Assembly: GCF_001194135.2 (NCBI RefSeq) | Contig: NC_068983.1 | Location: 111,078,595 to 111,142,594 of the forward strand | From: Octopus bimaculoides | Lineage: Eukaryota | Reading direction: 5' to 3' | DNA: 64,000 nucleotides | Shown: positions 54,669 to 64,000 of the stretch, one piece after another | How the letters are laid out: every line of letters begins with the position of its first letter | Position numbering within the stretch: position 1 is the stretch's first letter | Notes under the pieces: model-generated | Told to the model about the DNA's origin: nothing | Database searches by the model: none | The model's input: only the letters and a program-made list of their open reading frames with translations | Made by a program: the position numbers and the translations under genes

Positions 54669-54741
54669 GACCATATTATACTGACGAGTAGAAGTTGCAT
54701 AATACTGCAATAACTACGAAATCATGATCTATAGTTTAGTC
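54669..54741 (+). ncRNA. Type I hammerhead ribozyme, fully canonical core
   Basis: AUUAUA(54675-80)-CUGACGA(54681-87)-GUAG aa GUUGCA uaauac UGCAAU aa CUAC-GAA(54718-20)-AUCAUGAU(54721-28)-C(54729)-UAUAGU(54730-35). Stem I is 6 bp plus a distal GAC/GUC, stem II is 4+6 bp, stem III is an 8-nt palindrome, triplet AUC. It lies ~240 bp downstream of a PLE GIY-YIG fragment. Confidence 0.8.
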
Positions 54742-55252
54742 TGTTTTTANNNNNNNNNNNNNNNNNNNNNNNNNNNNNNNNNNNNNNNNNNNNNNNNNNN
54801 NNNNNNNNNNNNNNNNNNNNNNNNNNNNNNNNNNNNNNNNNNNNNNNNNNNNNNNNNNNNNNNNNNNNNNNNNNNNNNNNNNNNNNNNNNNNNNNNNNNN
54901 NNNNNNNNNNNNNNNNNNNNNNNNNNNNNNNNNNNNNNNNNNNNNNNNNNNNNNNNNNNNNNNNNNNNNNNNNNNNNNNNNNNNNNNNNNNNNNNNNNNN
55001 NNNNNNNNNNNNNNNNNNNNNNNNNNNNNNNNNNNNNNNNNNNNNNNNNNNNNNNNNNNNNNNNNNNNNNNNNNNNNNNNNNNNNNNNNNNNNNNNNNNN
55101 NNNNNNNNNNNNNNNNNNNNNNNNNNNNNNNNNNNNNNNNNNNNNNNNNNCTAGTCCGTCGCAGTTTGAACTCCCCGTTGTTACTGATTCTTAATTGTAT
55201 CTAATAAGAGTGAAGCCCCCAAAAGTATACCTTTCTTTAAAGACACCGCATA

Positions 55253-55276
55253 TAACCCTAACCCTAACCCTAACCC
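55253..55276. repeat. Interstitial (TAACCC)4 telomere-type repeat
   Basis: Four perfect TAACCC units (TTAGGG type). Confidence 0.8.
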
Positions 55277-57859
55277 GACACCAGAATGGAACTCACTAAT
55301 TCACAGTCAAATGTCTTTGACAGCCCTACCACGTACCTACCACATACTCACACACATTCATAAATATTTATATACTTATAATTATTTGTGCCTGAGTGCA
55401 TGTGTGCGTGTGTGTGTACATGTGTGTGTACATGTGTGCGTATGAACAAGGTGTTATCTGATTTATGTATCCGTATGTTTGCCAATTTAATACATGCTTG
55501 ATAGTTTCTATTCATTTGCACATTTGAACATTACCATGCATATTTGCAGCATAAAAATAACATAAACAGAAATAGTCTCACACAAACACACTCTTTCTGT
55601 AGACTAAAACACGCAAGGAAACCTTTTAACCAACGAACAGCAAGTGACGGTAATATTATTTGTAGCCTGCTAATACTTAGAATGTGTTCTGCTTTGCTAT
55701 ATCCAATTTATAGTTGTTCACGAATGTACCATAAATGCGCATAATTATCATGTTATTTTTCATCTAGTATTTTACGATGATGTTACTGATAATGAATGCA
55801 GAAAAAAATTATATATGCATGTGCATCTGTATGCATACGTGCGAGCGTGTGTGTGTGTGGGTGTATGTGTATACTACCTTACTGAGATACTGGGATGTTC
55901 TTATCACTTTTTACGGTTTCTATATAAAATACTATAATCAAGTCATAATGGATGTCTATCGATATTAAAATACCGTTTGCAAGAAAATATTCTAATTCAC
56001 TTGTGTTAAAACACTATAATGCAGTCCTAGATACCTTAGATACATTTTGACATATAGACGCACAGGTCATGTCTAACCTATTAGTATCACCTGATTAATG
56101 CGTATGAAATGTGAATTTGGTCTCCATTGCTCATTGATTTTCAGGATATTGTTTTAAAAAATGTATGCATGCAGATGTAATAATCTAATTTTTTTTAATG
56201 TTATGTAGAGTCATGTTGAACAAAGCAAGGGTGGTAAAGAAAGAAAGAAAGATTTTTGCGTAACGTGTGTGTGCTGAAAATGTAGCTATTTTAGCAGTAG
56301 GTAGATTTTAACTGAATGCATACATTATCCGTGTCATATTGATCCAATATATCATATATTATAACATTTATATAACGTTAACAATGTAAACATTTTGTAC
56401 TTTGTGACAAACTCAATAATCCAGATTTACTTAAGTATTTATCGTTGAAGTACTTGTTTCCAGTGATATATGAATTCTTCGTAATCGTTTCTTTTGAAAA
56501 GGAAGGCGATAGGGAAAGAACTGCTAATGAGTCAAGAAAAAAAATAGATAATATAATATGTCTGGTATCTGGATCTTTTATAACCTATTTGTAAATTTTA
56601 GGAGCAACTGGGGTCAACTCTTAGACAGGACACGAATTTAAGACTTACTAATTGTGGCGTTCGAATTTCTAGTGCCTTTTGACGTCACGAGAGTTTTCAT
56701 TGAAGAAATGTTTCCTTTCTGTTTAACATCCTTTAATTAACTGTTTGAAAATCATTTTATTTTAGAGAAAATTAGATATTAACTTTCAGTCATGCTATAT
56801 CTTTCTGTGGAAAATGTTCAAGCCACAATTCGTAGTAATATCATTATGAGTATCTCATTAGTCGTTGTCATTTCTTTGTCAACTTTTATGGAATTCATGT
56901 TAATTAGATCCTTTACGCCCCTGGATATATTAAAGTGCTTTCTATTTGACATACTCATTTATAGCTAGCGTTAATCTCACCCTTAGCATATTAAGCAAAT
57001 CTTACAATCCAACTCATAATGAAAGTTATACATATTTCAAGAAATAAAAAATATCAACACACCTTTTCTTGTGTGCAATGATCACTTCATAGTACATAGC
57101 TCATGCAACACTCTACAAACCTGATATATCTTGTAGAGATATTGGACTGCAGACTTTTCTTTACATGTAGTATTAAAATTCACATTGTATTTCAAATGCT
57201 ATTGGCACACATTTTTCACAGGTGTTCGCTCATTATTTTTCTATAGGTGTATTGTCTTATATGCCTATCCATATTTTATGCAGAGAAAACATATTGTTCA
57301 TAATGAAATGACTCTCAAAAGTATATTGCGATCCAACGTAGTCGTCATGGACGAAAATAATAGTCCGAAAGCTTTTTTGATAATATCATCCACTTGAGAC
57401 AGTGAGAACACAACGCCGTTACCTGTAGTAATAGAAACAAAAATTACGTCAGTATCGACAACTGCCACTGAGATATAAACTAAGAAGAGAATTCAATAGG
57501 CAAACGACCTGTGATAATTTGCAACGAAATCTTCTTCAAATCACAAGCTACTAACTGAGAAAAGGTAGCAAATACTAGAAAATATAGTGTTATGTACAAT
57601 GTGTCCGGAATAAAAAAAATATGGAATGCTCATAGATGGTAAGAATGCGTTAAAGGCGGCATGTTGCCTATTATCCTTTCGAGGTCGAAAGTACCATTTC
57701 AGCAGTGGGATCGATGTAACCGACCTACACTCTTCCCGACATCGATGGTGTTGTGACAAAATATAAAACCATTATAGGTCTTTATTTGCATTATTTACAT
57801 TTGAGGGATATTTGTCCCCATCTTGTTTGTTGTTAACACAGGTGTCTTGAGGAAATGCC

Positions 57860-57916
<57 letters not shown>

Positions 57917-57918
57917 TA

Positions 57919-58016
<98 letters not shown>

Positions 58017-58187
58017 CATTCGGGTCACTGCCTGGAATCGAAATATTAGCCCGCGCTCTTAACCACTACGCCATATGCCCGTGAGCATACGGCGTAGTGG
58101 TTAACAGCGCCGGTTACTAACCCCAAGATTCCGACTTCGTTTCCAGGCAGTGACCTCAATAATAATAATAATAATAATAATAACAAC

Positions 58188-58242
<55 letters not shown>

Positions 58243-58246
<4 letters not shown>

Positions 58247-58600
58247 CAGCAGATGACAACGTTTCTCTAAAAGAAATGGAAAAACTTTCAAAATACAAAG
58301 ACCTTGAAATAGAGATAACTCGAATGTGGAATCTAAAAACAGAAACAATTCCTATCATAGTAGGTGCCTTAGGTATAATAAAAAAATATTCAGACAAATA
58401 CATAACAAAAACACCAGGACTTACAAATATACATAACATACAGAAAATTGCACTACTGAGTACTGCACACATTCTACGCAAAACACTTTCAATACAGTAA
58501 ACATAAGAGCACCACAGCAAACCACAGCACATACCCAAGGCACACAGAGCTGCGCTCGGTAGTGAAGTGAGAGCACGTTATAAAAATAAAACTACTGAAC
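58243..58600 (+). mobile_element. 5'-truncated R4/Dong-clade retrotransposon inserted in an (AAT)n tract
   Basis: Uninterrupted IPADDNVSLKEMEKLSKYKDLEIEITRMWNLKTETIPIIVGALGIIKK…IQKIALLSTAHILRKTLSIQ* (stop 58498-58500), typical of an R4/Dong restriction-like endonuclease C-terminus. ~100 bp 3' UTR, (AAT)n on both sides. Confidence 0.85.
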
Positions 58601-58681
58601 AATAATAATAATAATAATAATAATAACAACAACATCGAAAAATATCTTAGGAATGAGAACCCAGGTTCGAAATTTCTCCAA

Positions 58682-58726
58682 GACACCTGATGAAGGCTGG
58701 AAAGTATATCAGCCGAACGTTGTATT
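58682..58726 (+). ncRNA. Degenerate type I hammerhead motif in the SINE-like tail
   Basis: GACAC-CUGAUGA-A-GGCUG(gaaaguauau)CAGCC-GAA-CGUU-GUAUU. One A of GAAA is missing and stem I has one mismatch. The left-arm copy reads GUGUU, which pairs fully with GACAC. Confidence 0.6.
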
Positions 58727-60210
58727 AGCATCAAACAAGATGAGGACAAATATCCGTCGAATGTAAATAACGTAAATAATGTACATAATTCTTCATCTTT
58801 TAAATAGGTCTGCTTGTTAAAACACTCTTTAAAGTATGATACTACCATTAACGATTATATAATTGTCCCTCAGTGTTACAAACTAACCAATGTATCTTGG
58901 TTAACGAGTGCTCCTGTTACGACTTCATACTCCTTCAATATGCTGCTTGACTACCTCTACTTCTGATACGTCCAACTGCATAAGGAAATAACAGAGAGAG
59001 TCCTATCTTGACGATGAAAGTCACAGAATTTCTTTTTTTAAATAATTTTAACAGTGTCTAACAACAGCATCCACGGAGGAAGTGATGCAAAAAGGATCTC
59101 TCTTGTTCAACTAACGAAAATTTTGAGCCATAAGTATTTTGCAAAACACTAACAAAAGCCGGCTCAGCTGGAATATTTTAAACTACAATGAATACTACCA
59201 CCATCACATCCACCAATTCATCGATAGAAAGAGGCTACAGCTGAAATTAACCAACATTCTGGGATGATAGTCTTCTAACAAAGCATTCGGTCTATTATTT
59301 CCAACTATCACTAATAATTTGAATCGCAGTATGCGTATCAAATCTTTTCATTATGGGAAAATAATCTCTCTATGAATAAAATTGGAATTGTTGCTAAAGA
59401 CAATACACATATAGATAAATAAGATGCAAGCATGTATAAGAATATACGCCAGTAGTATTAGAAACGTAATGAAGAAAATAAACTACATGATACGAACCAG
59501 ATACTATCATTTTCACAACACTGAGCATGTAAAAGATAGAAAACACATATCATTACGATATAAGCCAGAGGTATTTAATAGTGGATGTAAAGGAGTTAAA
59601 TCTGTAGTTCAGTAACAACATATCTACAACAGTAATCACTACAAAACTGCAATGTTATGTTATAGACATCATCGAATAGTTGATAGTTTCTGATAAAATT
59701 GGTTGAATATATGTCAAAATAGAGATGCAATTTGCATATGCACAAAATCCTATTGTTACACCTAGATATTATATAATTTCAATTAACACTATAGAAAAGT
59801 GTAAAATTGTTGCAAAGAAAGAAGTGATAGGAATGTGTTAACGTAATTCGACTTTGACCATCTGAACAGACAAAGTCATTTAAAATCTATAGAAACAAAA
59901 GATGCATTTTAATTAATATCTGATATCTAACGGATCGAAACATAGCAATTAAAGCGGCTGAGATTAAGTCCAAAAATAATGATTGCATACAGACGCATCG
60001 AAGTCTGCATGAGTGGAAATAATGCAAAAGGAAATGATTCACAAAATAAACACCGAGATAGTGATTCACTCAGCCAAAAGTTGCAGAAAATAATTGTTTC
60101 CGAATAAACTGTATATATTTCCATAAAATATTTATTTCACATTTTCCAATATCCTCACATGCATGCGCACACATGCATACTACCAGTTTTAAACAATGGT
60201 ATGAAAATGC

Positions 60211-60241
<31 letters not shown>

Positions 60242-60259
60242 GAGAATGAAAGAGAGAGT

Positions 60260-60336
<77 letters not shown>

Positions 60337-60546
60337 CCGGCAGTGTGTTCGACGCGCAAATTAATTCAATTTGAAAGACACTGCTATATAGATCATGGGC
60401 ATATATCTATTACACAAATAACAAAACTCTTTCGAAGGATGATATTACAATCAACCTCACCAAATTGCTAGTATTTTGCTATTGGAGAGATTGATGACAT
60501 ATTTGATTTAGTTCTTTGTTTTTTTTTTTCCTTGGGGGGTGGGGTA

Positions 60547-60610
<64 letters not shown>

Positions 60611-61118
60611 CGTATGAGAGAGTGATACAAGAATTTAAACACAAAAACGGGCTACTATAGTGATACATTTCTATTTGCATAAACATAACAGATTTCTTTA
60701 GATAAAGTAATCGGGTCCAAATACGCTCTAAAACTAGCGTCTTGTTTCGTGATCCTACTTTTTCTATTTCTAGATCAAACTATTTAGTTTTATATTTCAA
60801 AAGAATTATCTGCCACTGGCACCTATGAAAGTTCTAACACTGAATTAGAATCGATCATTTAAGATTTAACTAAACGTTGGCGAATTTTACATTATTCCTT
60901 TACATAGATCTGGTTAATTGAGTTCGCTCTCGGATATAAATTGATAACACGTCATTATCATCAACATCATTGTCATCATATACAACAACAATAACAAATA
61001 GAGTGTTATGAGTAACGAGTGACTGAAATACCAACAGCTATATCAAAGACAACAGCAACACTCAAACCATGATGACTACTACAATTACATTTGCTGCTTC
61101 TTATAAGTACTTAACACT

Positions 61119-61235
61119 TGAAGAAGAAGAAGAAGAAGAAGAAGAAGAAGAAGAAGAAGAAGAAGAAGAAGAAGAAGAAGAAGAAGAAGATGATGATAAT
61201 GATGAGGAGGAGGAGGACGAGGAGGAAGAGGACGA
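61119..61235. repeat. (GAA)n microsatellite decaying into GAT/GAG triplets
   Basis: Direct reading. It is the source of the poly-E and poly-K ORFs. Confidence 0.9.
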
Positions 61236-61449
61236 GGTTTATTTCGATTTTGTTGGCAGGAGCTTACGTCATAAAAATACTGAACGTTTATTTTTTCTTA
61301 CAAAATGCTTACAAAAGAACGTACTGGATGTACACACAATAAAATAATTGAGAGCCGAAACCTGACATAAACACGGATTAAAAGTTCATTTACAATATAT
61401 TAAGAGGTACCCGCAATAGGGTATTATCTGTCACCTGTAGGGAATAGCA

Positions 61450-62000
61450 TTATCCCCACAATTCTACCACCTTGATTTCCAATCGGTACCCCTTTTCAAT
61501 CATAATTCAATGACTGTTACTCTCTTACGTGCCAGTTTTACTACACGTGGCCAACTTCTATCTAATGTTTCTAGAAGGCAACCTATCACTCTCTTCCCAC
61601 TCACCATTCATTTCAATTGAAGCATGAAGAACTTGAAGAAAAATTATTTGGAGACAGAGCTTACTCAACGCATTCAAAACATCCTTTTTTTTTGCCAGAG
61701 ATAGGAAAACTGCATTCTCGACTAGTTATATGACATGGTGATATTAGCAAATGATTCAACTGACACTAAATTCCATCTTGCACGCAATAAGTGTCGTTTG
61801 ACATTGCAACACGTCCGCAATTCTCAGTCAATCAAACGAGTACGGTTTCCTCGCATTCTGCACATAGTGCACAGACTCAACGGAGAGCATTTGTGTGACT
61901 GTAGATTTTGATTTAAACCTCCAATCTTTGGCTGCATAGTCAGGAGAAAGTTTTCTCAAGGTTGTCTTCAAAAATATGTTACGTTGCTAGTTTTTGTTAA
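61450..62000 (-). mobile_element. Possible Tx1/L1-like LINE ORF2 C-terminal remnant
   Basis: DNLEKTFS*LCSQRLEV*IKIYSH…VCALCAECEETVL (cf. C..C…EETV.H…C zinc knuckle), followed by AVFLSLAKK… and …SWPRVVKLAR. Decayed. Confidence 0.45.
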
Positions 62001-62059
62001 CATTTGGAGTTTTCCAAGGAATGTCAACAATCCTGGCCTCCACTACTCTATTATGGCAT

Positions 62060-62662
62060 GTTATAAAGAATTTCATGTGAAAAGATTACATCGAACAATG
62101 AAACACGCTAGCTATTCTGTGATGGCCTGGAGAGCAATGTGGAGCAACTGTTGATCAGAGCTGGTGGAGTTTGAGGGAAACATAAACTCAGATAAATATG
62201 TGTCCATATTGCAGAAAGAACTTCTTCCAATCTTCTCTAGTGGTGAAATGATTAAAGAAGACTCGTTATTTATGGAAGATGGAGATCCTTGTCACATAGC
62301 TAAAATGACCCAAGATTCGTTGGATGAGAATGGCATTAAAAAGTTTCCATGGCCAAGCCAGTCACCAGATATGAACTCTATTAAATACCTCTGGGACATA
62401 ATGGACAGAGCACATCATAAAAAGAACAAGAAAGCATCTTCAAAGTCAGATCTTTTGAGATTATTGCATGAAACTTGGCAAGAAATTCCGCAATAGAATA
62501 TTCCTCATCTGATCAGTAACATGCTTAATATGGTGCTTGCACTGAAAAATGCAAAGGTCATGTCAACTAAATATTAAATATTCACATTGTAACAATTAAT
62601 AAATAATTGGAATCTATAATTTCGGATTTAAATAAATTTTAATGATTATAAGTGGGTCTGTG
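62060..62662 (+). mobile_element. Tc1-family (DD34E) transposon 3' remnant
   Basis: SVMAWRAMW…FEGNINSDKYVSILQKELLP…FMEDGDPCH…WPSQSPDMNSIKYLW…WQEIPQ*NIPHLISNM…AKVMSTKY* (stop 62575-77). 34 residues separate the second D from the E position, which is K here. Probable TIR end at 62662 followed by TA. Confidence 0.85.
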
Positions 62663-63130
62663 TACATCTTGAAATCCAGAACAAGCAAGCATTTCATTGG
62701 CTCATTGATTCAGCAAAACACATACCACTACCCAGTATAGACTTGCATTTTCAGGTGAAAAGATATTGGCACACTAGTTACCACTTAATATCTATTCAGT
62801 ATGGTATTTACTACCACGATTTCCGATGTATTCGACATCATGATGTTATAATAATAACAGTCCTTTAAGCGTGATGAAGGCAATAAAATATTACAAATAA
62901 TGGCAGTCTCAAAGGAAGTATCACCAAAGCATCATTATAATAGCAGTATCATTAAAAAGGAAAGAAAGGTGCGTCTAACTGCCAGAATAAGTAGCCACTT
63001 ATGTAAACCACGTACTAATTCTGATGAAAAAAATGATTGTATACTCAATTACTTCATTAGACCTGACCTGTAACTAAACTACAAAAATACAGTTTCCGTA
63101 AAAATTATACCAGTAATTATATATTATAAT

Positions 63131-63437
63131 CCATCGGTTACGACGACGAGCGTTCCAGGTGATCCGATCAACGGTAAACCTGCTCGTAAATTTAACGTGC
63201 ATATGACTGAACACTTCACAAACACATGTACTCTTAACGTAATTCTTGGGGAGACTCAGCATGACACAGAGTGTGACAAGGCTGGCCATTTGAAATACAT
63301 GTACAACTCATTTTTGCTAGATGAATGGTCTTGATCAATGAGAAATAAAATGTCTTGCTCAATCATACAACGCGTCGCCTGGAATTTAACTTACGATCGT
63401 GGACCGAATACTCTAACCACTAAGCCAGGGCCTTCAC
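63131..63437 (-). mobile_element. tRNA-derived SINE family D (3' half shared with family C)
   Basis: Minus strand: head GAAGGCCCTGGCTTAGTGGTTAGAG…, CORE-like TTGAGCAAGACATTTTATTTC, then the same 3' half as 41320-41503. Confidence 0.8.
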
Positions 63438-64000
63438 TATATATTATACAATACCATTAAAAATTATACCAGCTATAGTAGTAATAACACCAGAAAAAGT
63501 GTCTGTCTCGCAAGAGCAATGTGTATCTGAATATTGTATGGAAATACTCATTAAAAGACAAGGACGGTAAACTGAATAAAGTCAATAGATTCGTCTCTCA
63601 AATAAGTATAATTGTGTTGTCAGGGATTAAGATAGACCGAAATACCGGTACACGGTTATATATAAACGCATATAGAGAAGAGATAATTGTTATCGTGTTC
63701 TATTATAGAAGGTTTGACTGACGTGTGAATGACGTGTGACTGCTAATAGAAAAAGAATAGTATCTGGCGATAGACCTAAATGACTTGAAGCGATCATTGT
63801 TAATTCAGAGTGAATTTTCGAGTTCCTTTACCTTTGTAATCACCATTAGACTTATCCAACTCTTTCCGAAACATCTGCACTGTCCTCAGATTGACACCCA
63901 AACACTCTGAAATGATTCGTATTGTAGCTTCCGGCACAAATGCCAAGCAGTAAATCATGTAGTTTCCAAATTTTTGGCAGAGTGAATTACGTCATGGTGC

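Larger units (their letters stand above)
57781..58806. mobile_element. Palindromic dimer of a tRNA-head / (AAT)n / hammerhead-tail SINE-like element
   Basis: Centre at 58081-82. Left arm (minus): head 58080-58021, (AAT)n ~58017-57861, tail 57860-57781. Right arm (plus): head 58083-58157, (AAT)n, tail 58631-58806. Heads GGGCATATGGCGTAGTGGTTAAGAGCGC…TTCGATTCCAGGCAGTGACC vs GAGCATACGGCGTAGTGGTTAACAGCGC…TTCGTTTCCAGGCAGTGACC. Tails share CAAGACACCT…CAAACAAGATG.GGACAAATATCC.TC.AATGTAAATAA. Confidence 0.85.

Noticed and set aside
58021-58157. tRNA genes at the palindrome centre (and at 41127)
   Set aside because: The acceptor stems do not close, the B-boxes are mutated, the left copy has an internal deletion, and each is fused to repeat bodies. 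They are SINE heads, not tRNA genes.
61069-61347. 92-aa acidic poly-Glu/Asp ORF
   Set aside because: It is a (GAA)n microsatellite with decayed edges. The flanks show no domain or convincing splice context.

Overview
This is AT-rich, repeat-saturated eukaryotic DNA with no intact protein-coding gene that I can support. The SINE families, microsatellite density and Penelope/R4 content point to a coleoid cephalopod, most likely Octopus (inference from pattern recognition, not a database hit). Ten N gaps (2581-2726, 4626-4864, 9382-9663, 11530-12177, 14930-15418, 20170-20774, 30101-30523, 39338-39964, 52368-52832, 54750-55150), mostly abutting (TA)n tracts, and the simple repeats account for most long ORFs in the track. 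Recognisable content: Tc1/mariner and pogo-like remnants and MITEs, several tRNA-derived SINE families, Penelope-like (GIY-YIG) fragments, two R4/Dong-type retrotransposon copies and a Tx1/L1-like remnant. The most interesting signals are structured RNAs and palindromes: (i) four type I hammerhead ribozyme motifs of different sequence families, one with a fully canonical core and stems (54669-54741) and one nearly so (14643-14700, minus strand); (ii) a ~1 kb palindromic element (57781-58806) made of two head-to-head tRNA-derived Pol III heads, each followed by (AAT)n and a shared tail that carries a hammerhead-derived motif in the right arm, with a Dong fragment inserted in one (AAT)n tract; (iii) a mariner derivative with two 5' ends joined tail-to-tail, and a spacer-less ~360 bp foldback element. 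All folds and alignments were done by eye.
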